From Micrococcus luteus NCTC 2665 (GTDB lineage: Bacteria > Actinomycetota > Actinomycetes > Actinomycetales > Micrococcaceae), in NCBI RefSeq assembly GCF_000023205.1, contig NC_012803.1, positions 120,001-152,000 on the forward strand: a stretch of 32,000 bases of DNA, written 5' to 3'. Positions 1 to 7,337 of this stretch are shown here, one piece after another (the stretch's first letter is position 1; every line of letters starts with the position of its first letter). A program made the translations under genes and the position numbers. Below the pieces are notes generated by a model, which did no database searches, was not told the DNA's origin, and was given only the letters and a program-made list of their open reading frames with translations.

Positions 1-901
1 CGATCCGGCGGGCGTCGACGGCGCCCCCGGCCCGGGCGGTCTCCACGGTGCGGCGCAGGTCCGGCAGCACCCGGCCGGGCAGACCCTCGGGGGAGAGCAG
101 CACGTCGTAGAGCAGGGCGGCGTCCTCGACCGTGTGGGCCAGCGGGCCCGACACCGTGAGGTTGCGGACCGTGTCCGCGTGCTCGTCCATCGGCAGCTCC
201 CCGCGGCCGGGCTTGAGGCCCACGAGCCCGCACGCGGCGGCGGGGATGCGGATGGACCCGCCCCCGTCCGAGCCCGGGGCGAACGGCAGGATCCCCGCGG
301 CGACGGCGGCCGCGGCCCCGCCCGAGGAGCCACCCGCGGTGCGGGCGGGGTCCAGGGGGTTGCGGGCCGGCGCCGTGACGAGGTTCTCCGAGTAGGAGTC
401 CAGGCCGAACTCGGGCACGGTCGTCTTGCCGAGGGTGACCGTGCCGGCCGCGCGCAGGCGGAGCGCGAGCGGGTCGTCCTGCGCGGCCGGCGGCGCATCG
501 GCCAGCAGGGCGGAGCCGAACCGCGTGGGCATCCCGCGCACGTCGATCAGGTCCTTGTACGCCAGCGGAAGGCCGTGCAGGGAGGCGGGGGCGCCGTCGT
601 CGTCCGGGGCGGGGGAGGTGTGCGGACCGGGCACGGCCCGGGGTGCGACGCGCGGGTGGGCCGCGTCCAGCTCGGCCGCACGGGTCCGGGCGCCCTCGGC
701 GTCGAGGAGGGCGAACGCGCCGAGGTCCGCGTGGGCCTGGGCCGCGGCGAGGGCCGCCTCCGTGACCTCCCGGGCGCTCAGCGCCCCGGCGGCGAGGTCC
801 TCCCGCAGGCGCACGGCCGAGCGGTCCAGGAGCCGGGCCGGGCCGGGGGCGGAGGGGGTGCGGTCGTCGTCGGCGGCGGGTGCGGCGTCGGAGGTCTGCA
901 T
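1..901 (-). CDS. amidase (amidase-signature family), N-terminal about 300 aa; the 3' end runs off the window start
   Basis: Absent from the ORF track because it has no stop in the window. My minus-strand translation from ATG (complement of 899-901) reads MQTSDAAPAADDD...LPLAYKDLIDVRGMPTRFGS...GKTTVPEFGLDSYSEN...GGSSGGAAAAVAAGILPFAPGSDGGGSIRIPAAACGLVGLKPGRG. It carries the AS-family GGSSGG and GSDxGGSIRxPA motifs and has high GC3. Confidence 0.85.
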   Translation of the reverse strand, partial: MQTSDAAPAADDDRTPSAPGPARLLDRSAVRLREDLAAGALSAREVTEAALAAAQAHADLGAFALLDAEGARTRAAELDAAHPRVAPRAVPGPHTSPAPDDDGAPASLHGLPLAYKDLIDVRGMPTRFGSALLADAPPAAQDDPLALRLRAAGTVTLGKTTVPEFGLDSYSENLVTAPARNPLDPARTAGGSSGGAAAAVAAGILPFAPGSDGGGSIRIPAAACGLVGLKPGRGELPMDEHADTVRNLTVSGPLAHTVEDAALLYDVLLSPEGLPGRVLPDLRRTVETARAGGAVDARRI

Positions 902-972
902 GCGGCCGAGCCTAACGGGCGTGGGCCGGGTCATGGACGGCGGGGCCTTCCTGGGACGTCCGGGCGGGTGGC

Positions 973-978
973 TACGCT
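973..978 (+). promoter_or_regulatory. candidate -10 hexamer TACGCT placed for a leaderless rhodanese transcript
   Basis: TACGCT (TANNNT pattern) ends 6 nt before ATG 985. There is no purine-rich SD in those 6 nt. Confidence 0.3.
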
Positions 979-984
979 GAAGCC

Positions 985-1311
985 ATGAGCGCCTTCGAGA
1001 CCGTCGATGTGAACGAGATCCCCGCCGATGCGGCCATCCTGGACGTCCGCGAGGACGACGAGTGGGCCCTGGGCCGCGCCGCCGGTGCCCAGCACATCCC
1101 GCTGGGCCAGCTGCCGGACCGGCTCGAGGAGTTGGACCCGGACACGGACTACTACCTGATCTGCCGCACCGGCGGCCGCTCCGCTCGCGCCGCCGAGTTC
1201 ATGACCGGCCGCGGCTACTCGGCCATCAACGTGGCCGGCGGCTCCGGCGCGTGGCTCGAGGCCGGCAAGCCGATGGAGGCCGACGGCGACGCCGAGCCCA
1301 CCGTCAAGTGA
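985..1311 (+). CDS. single-domain rhodanese-like sulfurtransferase
   Basis: 108-aa ORF. It has the active-site loop CRTGGRS (CxxGxR[ST]) preceded by LDVREDDEW..GHIPxG-like AQHIPLG, which is the typical small rhodanese layout. Confidence 0.85.
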   Translation: MSAFETVDVNEIPADAAILDVREDDEWALGRAAGAQHIPLGQLPDRLEELDPDTDYYLICRTGGRSARAAEFMTGRGYSAINVAGGSGAWLEAGKPMEADGDAEPTVK

Positions 1312-2258
1312 CGGGGACGGGCTCCGCTGACGCGACGCCGTCGCGCCTGCGCTACGCCTTCCTCGGCCCGGCCGGCACCTTCACCGAGGCCGCCCTGCGG
1401 AAGGTGGCGGACCCGGCCGAGGCCGAGTTCGTGTCTGCGGGCTCCGTGCTGAGCGCCGTGGCGGCGCTGCGCAGGGGGGAGGTGGACCGCGCCGTCGTCC
1501 CCATCGAGAACTCGGTGGAGGGCGGCGTCTCCGCCACCGTGGACGAGATCGCCCTCGGGGAGACGCTGCAGATCCTCGCGGAGGTGCACGTGCCCATCAG
1601 CTTCGTGCTCGTGGGCCGGCCCGGCGTTGCGATCGAGGACGTGCGGCGCGTGACTACGCACCCCCACGCCTGGGCGCAGGTGCGCGGCTGGGCCGAGACG
1701 GCGCTGCCGGGTGTGGATTTCACGCCCGCCCCGTCGACGGCGGCCGGGGCCGGCCTCGTGGCCCAGGGCGACTTCGACGCCGCCGTGTGCGCCCCGCTCG
1801 TGGCCGAGCAGACCGGGTTGCCGGTGCTCGCCGAGCGGATCGAGGACGTGCCGGGCGCCGTGACGCGCTTCGTGCTGCTCTCCCGGCCGACGGCCCTGCC
1901 CGCGCCCACGGGAGCGGACAAGACCACGCTGGTGGTGCCGCTGCCGGAGGACCGGCCCGGCGCCCTCGGGCAGATCCTGGCCGAGTTCACCACGCGCGGG
2001 GTGAACCTCTCCCGCATCGAGTCCCGGCCGACCGGCGAGGGCATCGGGCGGTACTTCTTCTCCCTCGACCTCGAGGGGCACCTGGCGGAGGCCCGCGTGG
2101 GTGATGCGCTCGCGGCCCTGTACCGGGAGTACCCCGACCTGCGGTTCCTGGGCTCGTACGCGCAGGCCGAGCCCGTGCCCACGAGGGTGCCGGCCGAGTT
2201 CACCGACGCCGCGTATCGCTCCGGCCGCGCCTGGGTGGAGTCCCTCCGCTCCCGCTGA
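1308..2258 (+). CDS. pheA: prephenate dehydratase
   Basis: The frame of track ORF 1062-2258 contains LRYAFLGPAGTFTEAA, the TRF motif (PGAVTRFVLL) and the ACT-domain ESRP motif (NLSRIESRPT). The start is assigned to GTG 1308, which overlaps the rhodanese stop (GTGA). The upstream part of the ORF is Arg/Pro-rich junk that overlaps the rhodanese gene. Confidence 0.9.
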   Translation: MTGTGSADATPSRLRYAFLGPAGTFTEAALRKVADPAEAEFVSAGSVLSAVAALRRGEVDRAVVPIENSVEGGVSATVDEIALGETLQILAEVHVPISFVLVGRPGVAIEDVRRVTTHPHAWAQVRGWAETALPGVDFTPAPSTAAGAGLVAQGDFDAAVCAPLVAEQTGLPVLAERIEDVPGAVTRFVLLSRPTALPAPTGADKTTLVVPLPEDRPGALGQILAEFTTRGVNLSRIESRPTGEGIGRYFFSLDLEGHLAEARVGDALAALYREYPDLRFLGSYAQAEPVPTRVPAEFTDAAYRSGRAWVESLRSR

Positions 2259-2268
2259 GGCCCGGGGG

Positions 2269-2465
2269 GCCACTTTCGTTCGGGAAACGGCGGCCCCAGG
2301 GCCACTTTCGTTCGGGAAACGGCGGCCTCGAGAGACTTTCGTTGACGAAACGGGACGATCACCGCGACGACGGGCCGTCGTCGCGCTTCCCGTCCGCGCG
2401 TCGCCCCGGCGCCCGTTTCCCGAACGAAAGTGGTGGGGAAGCCGCCGTTTCCCGAACGAAAGCGG
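2269..2465. repeat. REP/BIME-like composite repeat: five copies of an 18-nt core around a central hairpin
   Basis: The core CTTTCGTTCGGGAAACGG is forward at 2273-2290 and 2305-2322. These two lie inside a perfect 27-bp direct repeat, 2269-2295 = 2301-2327. The variant CTTTCGTTGACGAAACGG is at 2336-2353, and inverted copies CCGTTTCCCGAACGAAAG are at 2413-2430 and 2445-2462. The element fills the spacer between the convergent pheA and DAGK-like stops. Confidence 0.85.
2364..2384. terminator. perfect 9-bp stem / 3-nt loop hairpin at the centre of the repeat element; possible bidirectional terminator
   Basis: GCGACGACG-GGC-CGTCGTCGC sits between convergent genes. There is no U-tract, which is common in high-GC actinobacteria. 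Confidence 0.4.
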
Positions 2466-2475
2466 GGACGGGGGG

Positions 2476-3654
2476 TCAGATGTGCGGGGCCGGTTCCGGG
2501 ACGGGGGCGGCGGCGGAGACCCCGTCGTCGCGGACGGAGGCGTCGTCCTCGGCCACGAGCATCACGACGAGCGAGTCCGGCTGCACGCGGGCGTCGAGGG
2601 CGGTGATGACCCCGGTGGCGTCGCCGTCGAGCTGGGAGGGCATCGGCTCGGCGAACTCGACCTTCACGCGCTGGGCCTGCTCCATGTGCATCGCGGGGAC
2701 AGAGCTGCGGTGCCGGGTCACGGTCTTCACGGCGATCCGCGCCCAGTCGAGCGCGTGCCGGGGCGAGAGGACCATGACGTCGAGGAGGCCGTCGTCGAGC
2801 TTGGCCTGGGGCAGCAGCTCGACGCCGCCCGTGAGCATCCCGCAGTTGGCCACCATCACGGTGCGCACCTTGAACCGGCGGGGCTGACCGCCGTCGAGGG
2901 CCACGGTCACCTCGTGCCGCTTGCCGCGCAAGTGCCGTATGCCGGCCTCGCTGTAGGCCAGCCAGCCGGCCAGGTCCTTCAGCTCGTCCTTGGTGTCGCC
3001 CATGATGTCCGCGTCGTAGCCGGCGCCGCCGATCACGGTGAAGGTCTGCCGGGTGACGCGCCCGTCCTCGTGCGTGAAGCGGACGTCCACGGTGTCGATG
3101 CGTCGCTGCCGGCCCCCCACGGCGATCCGCAGGCAGTGCTCGACGTCGTTGATCGGCAGGTCCAGGTTCCGGGCCAGCAGGTTCCCGGTGCCCAGCGGCA
3201 CCACACCGAGGGCGACGTCGGTGCCGGCCAGCTGCTCGGCCACGGTGCGGACCGTGCCGTCGCCGCCCGCGGCGATCACGAGCCGGGCGCCGGCGCCGAG
3301 GGCCTGCCGCGCCATCGCGGTGCCGGGATCGTCCTCCTGGGTCTCGAGCACGAGCACCTCGCCGAGGCCCTCCGCCTCCGCGAGCCGCTCGAGCTCGCGC
3401 CGCACCTGGCCCGCGTTCGTCTTGATGGGGTTCAGCACCAGCGCGACCTCGTGGCGGCCCGTGCCGATCCCGGGCACCTTCTCCAGCCGGCGCTGCACGC
3501 CGCCCACCCGCGCGTCGAGGGCGTCCACCCGGAGACGCATCCGCTTGTGCTGCACGCCGAGGCGGACCTGGCGCGCCGCCAGCACCACCACGACGACGAT
3601 CAGCACGGCCAGGAGCACCAGGGCGGCCAGCGCCATCCACCACTCGGGAGTCAT
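2476..3654 (-). CDS. diacylglycerol kinase catalytic-domain (DAGK/YegS-like) lipid kinase with an N-terminal TM helix
   Basis: 392-aa ORF. It has an N-terminal hydrophobic segment (WWMALAALVLLAVLIVVVVVLAA) and the AAGGDGTV and PLGTGNLLARNL motifs typical of the DAGK_cat family. Confidence 0.85.
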   Translation of the reverse strand: MTPEWWMALAALVLLAVLIVVVVVLAARQVRLGVQHKRMRLRVDALDARVGGVQRRLEKVPGIGTGRHEVALVLNPIKTNAGQVRRELERLAEAEGLGEVLVLETQEDDPGTAMARQALGAGARLVIAAGGDGTVRTVAEQLAGTDVALGVVPLGTGNLLARNLDLPINDVEHCLRIAVGGRQRRIDTVDVRFTHEDGRVTRQTFTVIGGAGYDADIMGDTKDELKDLAGWLAYSEAGIRHLRGKRHEVTVALDGGQPRRFKVRTVMVANCGMLTGGVELLPQAKLDDGLLDVMVLSPRHALDWARIAVKTVTRHRSSVPAMHMEQAQRVKVEFAEPMPSQLDGDATGVITALDARVQPDSLVVMLVAEDDASVRDDGVSAAAPVPEPAPHI

Positions 3655-3684
3655 GCCCCGAGTCTAGGCGTCGGCCCCGCCCGC

Positions 3685-3690
3685 TAGGCT
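3685..3690 (+). promoter_or_regulatory. candidate -10 hexamer TAGGCT placed for a leaderless serS transcript
   Basis: TAGGCT ends 7 nt before GTG 3698. There is no SD in the 43-bp divergent spacer. Confidence 0.3.
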
Positions 3691-3697
3691 GGCGCAC

Positions 3698-4981
3698 GTG
3701 ATCGACGTCAAGGACCTCATCGAGCAGCCCGAGAAGTACCGCGCCTCCCAGGAGGCCCGCGGGGAGGACGCGTCCCTCGTGGACCGCGTGGTCGAGGCAG
3801 ACGCGGCCCGCCGCTCGTCCATCGCGGGCTTCGAGCAGCTGCGCGCGGAGCAGAAGGCCTTCGGCAAGCGTGTCGCCCAGGCGAAGGGCGAGGAGAAGCA
3901 GGCCCTGCTGGCCGAGGTGAAGGACCTGGCCGCGCGCGTGAAGGAGGCCGAGTCGGCCGCCGGCGCCGCCGAGGCCCGCCTCGCGGAGCTGCAGCGCGCC
4001 TTCCCGAACCTGATCGTCGACGGCGTCCCGGCCGGCGGCGAGGACGACTTCGTGGTCCTCAAGGAGGTCGGCACCCCGCGCGACTTCGCCGCCGAGGGCT
4101 TCGAGCCGCGCGACCACCTCGAGCTCGGCGAGCTGCTCGGGGCGATCGACATGGAGCGCGGCGCGAAGGTCTCCGGCGCCCGGTTCAGCTTCCTCACGGG
4201 CGTGGGCGCGCGTCTCGAGCTCGCCCTGATGCAGCTGGGCCTGGACCTGGCCCTGGAGAACGGCTTCGTGCCGGTCATCCCGCCCACCCTGGTGCGTCCG
4301 GAGACCATGCAGGGCACCGGCTTCGACGTCGAGCACGACGACGAGATCTACCGCCTCGAGCGCGACGACCTGTATCTGGTGGGCACCTCCGAGGTGGCCC
4401 TGGCCGGCTTCCACGCGGGCGAGATCATGGACGTGTCCGCCCCCGTCCGGTACGCGGGCTGGTCCACGTGCTACCGCCGCGAGGCGGGCTCGGCGGGCAA
4501 GGACACCCGCGGCATCATCCGCGTGCACCAGTTCAACAAGCTGGAGATGTTCATCTACGCCGCACAGGAGGACGCGGAGGCGGAGCACGCGCGCCTGCTG
4601 GCGTGGGAGGAGCGGATGCTGGGCGCGATCGAGGTGCCGTACCGCGTGATCGACATCGCCGCCGGCGACCTCGGCCTCTCCGCCGCCCGCAAGTTCGACT
4701 GCGAGGCCTGGGTCCCCACGCAGGGCACCTATCGCGAGCTGACGTCCACCTCGAACTGCACCACGTTCCAGGCTCGCCGTCTCAACATCCGCGAGCGGGT
4801 CCGCACGGAGGACGGCTCCAAGGGCGGGACCCGCATGGTGGCCACGCTCAACGGCACCCTGGCCACCACCCGCTGGATCGTGGCGATCCTGGAGAACCAC
4901 CAGAACGCGGACGGCTCGGTCACCGTGCCCGCCGCGCTGCGCCCCTACCTCGGCGGGATGGAGCGCTTCGAGCTGGTCTGA
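3698..4981 (+). CDS. serS: seryl-tRNA synthetase
   Basis: 427 aa. It has an N-terminal coiled-coil arm ([22 protein letters not shown]...) and the class II motif-2 region [27 protein letters not shown]. The start codon is GTG. Confidence 0.95.
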   Translation: MIDVKDLIEQPEKYRASQEARGEDASLVDRVVEADAARRSSIAGFEQLRAEQKAFGKRVAQAKGEEKQALLAEVKDLAARVKEAESAAGAAEARLAELQRAFPNLIVDGVPAGGEDDFVVLKEVGTPRDFAAEGFEPRDHLELGELLGAIDMERGAKVSGARFSFLTGVGARLELALMQLGLDLALENGFVPVIPPTLVRPETMQGTGFDVEHDDEIYRLERDDLYLVGTSEVALAGFHAGEIMDVSAPVRYAGWSTCYRREAGSAGKDTRGIIRVHQFNKLEMFIYAAQEDAEAEHARLLAWEERMLGAIEVPYRVIDIAAGDLGLSAARKFDCEAWVPTQGTYRELTSTSNCTTFQARRLNIRERVRTEDGSKGGTRMVATLNGTLATTRWIVAILENHQNADGSVTVPAALRPYLGGMERFELV

Positions 4982-5096
4982 GCGGACGACGTCGACCCCC
5001 GGCGGCGTCGGCCGCCTCGCCCGCCTGCCCCGCGGCGCCCCTGCGGTTCACCCGCGCGTCGCCGTCGTGTCCGGGCCGTGTGGTTGGGTGGGGGTC

Positions 5097-5906
5097 ATGA
5101 CGAAGAAGCTCGTGTGCCTGGACGTGGACGGAACGATCGTGGACCATGACGGCCATCTGCATGAGCCCGTGCGCGCGGCCGTGCGGGCCGTGCTGGACGC
5201 CGGGCATCACGTGGTCATCGCGACGGGCCGCTCCCGCGGGGCCACCCTGCCCGTGGCCCGCTCCCTGGGGATCGACGCCGGCTTCATGGTGTGCTCCAAC
5301 GGCGGGGTCACGCTGCGCCTGGACCCCGAGCTGGAGGAGGGCTACGAGGTCACGGACCTGCGCACCTTCGACCCGCGCTCGGTCCTGACCCAGCTGCGCC
5401 ACCGCCTGCCCAGCGCCAAGTACGCGCTCGAGCTGCCGGACGGCACCTTCCGCTCCACCGAGCGGTTCCAGGACACGTCCTTCGGCGTGGCCGCGGAGGG
5501 CGTCACGTTCGAGGAGCTGATGGACACCACGGCCGTGCGCCTCGTGGTGTTCTCCACGGACTCCTCCGCCGAGGAGTTCGGCCGCGCGGTGGAGGGCCTC
5601 GGCCTGTCCGGCGTGACCTACTCCGTGGGCTGGACGGCGTGGCTCGACGTCGCCGCGGCGGGCGTGACCAAGGCGTCCGGGCTCGAGGCGCTGCGCACCG
5701 TGCTGAAGGTGGCCCCCGAGGACACCGTGGCCGTGGGCGACGGCCGCAACGACATCGAGATGCTCCGCTGGGCCGGCCGCGGCGTGGCCATGGGCCAGGC
5801 CGTGGAGGAGGTGGTGGCCGCCGCGGACGAGGTCACCGGGCACGTGGACGAGCACGGGCTCGCCACGGTGCTGCGCTCGCTCCTCGAGGAGCCGGCCGCG
5901 GCCTGA
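5097..5906 (+). CDS. HAD-superfamily (Cof-type, subfamily IIB) phosphatase
   Basis: Contains the LDVDGTIVD (DxDGT) motif I and the GDGRNDIEML motif. I chose ATG 5097, preceded by GGGTGGGGG. The track ORF begins 30 nt upstream at 5067. Confidence 0.8.
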   Translation: MTKKLVCLDVDGTIVDHDGHLHEPVRAAVRAVLDAGHHVVIATGRSRGATLPVARSLGIDAGFMVCSNGGVTLRLDPELEEGYEVTDLRTFDPRSVLTQLRHRLPSAKYALELPDGTFRSTERFQDTSFGVAAEGVTFEELMDTTAVRLVVFSTDSSAEEFGRAVEGLGLSGVTYSVGWTAWLDVAAAGVTKASGLEALRTVLKVAPEDTVAVGDGRNDIEMLRWAGRGVAMGQAVEEVVAAADEVTGHVDEHGLATVLRSLLEEPAAA

Positions 5907-5933
5907 GCGGCGCGACCGGCCCGGGCCGCCGGG

Positions 5934-6563
5934 TCAGCCCCCCGCCAGCGTGAGCAGGCGTGCGGCGGCGGGGCGGCAGGCGTGCTCCTCGTTCCAGTAG
6001 GAGCGCTGCACCGCCTGCGAGACGGCCTGCGCCGTGATCCCGAGCGCGGCGGCCGCCGGCTTCTGCTGGCCGCGCACCCCGGGCACCAGCAGGTCCAGCA
6101 CCGCCCACTCGGCGTCGGTGCGGGACCACACGAGCTGCCCGACGAGCCGCAGCACGGCCTCGGCCTCAGCCGCCGCATCCTCGTCCCGGCCGCGCACGGC
6201 CAACGGGATCCGCGCGGTGGACACGGCCGCCGCCTCCACGGCCCGCCGCGCCGCCGCGAGACCGGGCCCGCCTGCGTCGTGCAGGTCCCCGGAGGCGGGC
6301 ACGCCCGCCGCACCGTCCGCGTGCGTCACCGTCCCGACGCCGACCCCCACGTTCCAGCGGCGCGGCCGCAGGGCGCGCAGCGCCACGTCCACGGCGACGT
6401 GCGGGTCCTCGACGGCGCCGATCAGCTCGTCGCCCACGGCGCGCTGGAACGGGAGCACGACGGCGTCGCCCAGCCCCGGCACGTCCTGGAGGGCGCGCAG
6501 GAACGCGTCCACGCGGTCGCCGGCGTCGAGGGTGTCCCGCTGGTTGATGGTGAGCACGAACAT
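5934..6563 (-). CDS. hypothetical protein, SatD-like (N-terminal GDE-containing domain plus C-terminal helix-turn-helix-like segment)
   Basis: 209-aa ORF with high GC3. It contains FQRAVGDELIGAV and a C-terminal LGITAQAVSQAVQRS HTH-like stretch. The family assignment is from memory of the SatD pattern and is not verified. Confidence 0.55.
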   Translation of the reverse strand: MFVLTINQRDTLDAGDRVDAFLRALQDVPGLGDAVVLPFQRAVGDELIGAVEDPHVAVDVALRALRPRRWNVGVGVGTVTHADGAAGVPASGDLHDAGGPGLAAARRAVEAAAVSTARIPLAVRGRDEDAAAEAEAVLRLVGQLVWSRTDAEWAVLDLLVPGVRGQQKPAAAALGITAQAVSQAVQRSYWNEEHACRPAAARLLTLAGG

Positions 6564-6589
6564 GGTCGTCGATTCTGCCAGCCCGCAGA

Positions 6590-6631
6590 CGACGCCGGCC
6601 GCCCACCCCGAGGGGTGAGCGGCCGGCGTCG
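6590..6631 (-). terminator. long GC hairpin downstream of ppa
   Basis: GACGCCGGCCGC (6591-6602) pairs with GCGGCCGGCGTC (6619-6630). An inner CACCCC/GGGGTG stem adds about 18-19 bp in total. It lies 22 nt past the ppa stop and has no U-tract. Confidence 0.5.
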
Positions 6632-6652
6632 CGCGCGTGGGCGGTGCGGGGG

Positions 6653-7240
6653 TCAGCGGCCCTGGGGCTCGTCCGTCTCCTCACCCTCCTCGGTGGCCGG
6701 CTGCGCCTCCTCGGTGTCCACCTGGCGGCCCTGGGGCTCGTCGGTCGGGGACTCCTCGCCCTGGGCGTCGAAGCGCTGGATGGAGGCATCGAGCTCGGCC
6801 TCGGCGGCCGGGCGGCCCTCCCAGCCCTCGGCCTTGACCCACTTGCCCGGCTCGAGGTCCTTGTAGCGGGTGAAGAAGTGCTCGATCTCCTGCTTGAGGG
6901 ACTCCTCCACGTGCTCGAGCTCGGTGATGTGGTCGTAGCGCTTGTCCGCCGGGACGCACAGCAGCTTGGCGTCGCCGCCGCCGTCGTCGGTCATGTTGAA
7001 CACGCCGACCGGGCGGGCCTCGACGACGCAGCCCGGCACCAGGTCGAAGCCCGGCAGGTACACGAGGGCGTCCAGCGGGTCACCGTCCTCGCCGAGGGTG
7101 TTCTCGAAGTAGCCGTAGTGCGTGGGGTACTGCATGGAGGTGAAGAGCACGCGGTCCAGGCGCAGGCGGCCGGTCTCGTGGTCGAACTCGTACTTCACGC
7201 GGGAGCCCGCGGGGATCTCGATGGTGACGTCGTGCGCCAT
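6653..7240 (-). CDS. ppa: inorganic pyrophosphatase (family I) with an acidic C-terminal extension
   Basis: Contains [29 protein letters not shown] and [16 protein letters not shown] 7240 is preceded by GAAGGAGAG. The track ORF starts 15 nt upstream at 7255. Confidence 0.95.
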   Translation of the reverse strand: MAHDVTIEIPAGSRVKYEFDHETGRLRLDRVLFTSMQYPTHYGYFENTLGEDGDPLDALVYLPGFDLVPGCVVEARPVGVFNMTDDGGGDAKLLCVPADKRYDHITELEHVEESLKQEIEHFFTRYKDLEPGKWVKAEGWEGRPAAEAELDASIQRFDAQGEESPTDEPQGRQVDTEEAQPATEEGEETDEPQGR

Positions 7241-7337
7241 GACTCTCCTTCGCACAGAGGGTGGGGTGTCCGGGCGGCGCGGCGCCGACCGGCGGTGCTG
7301 CCGTCAGCCTACCGGGGGCGTCCGTCATGATGGACGC

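Noticed and set aside
134-988. Plus-strand ORFs 134-988, 132-395 and 426-980
   Set aside because: They are antisense to the amidase, whose GGSSGG and GSDGGGSIRIP motifs read cleanly on the minus strand.
2269-2357. A 27-bp perfect direct repeat with a 32-nt period, considered as a mini CRISPR array
   Set aside because: The spacers would be only 5 nt, there are only 2-3 units, inverted copies follow, and there are no cas genes. A REP/MITE-like structure is the better explanation.
1352-4900. 1182-aa minus-strand ORF spanning the pheA, lipid-kinase and serS loci
   Set aside because: The translation is dominated by Arg, Gly, Ala and Pro with no motifs. It overlaps three genes that have clear family signatures on other frames. 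This is the classic long antisense or off-frame ORF of over 70 % GC DNA.
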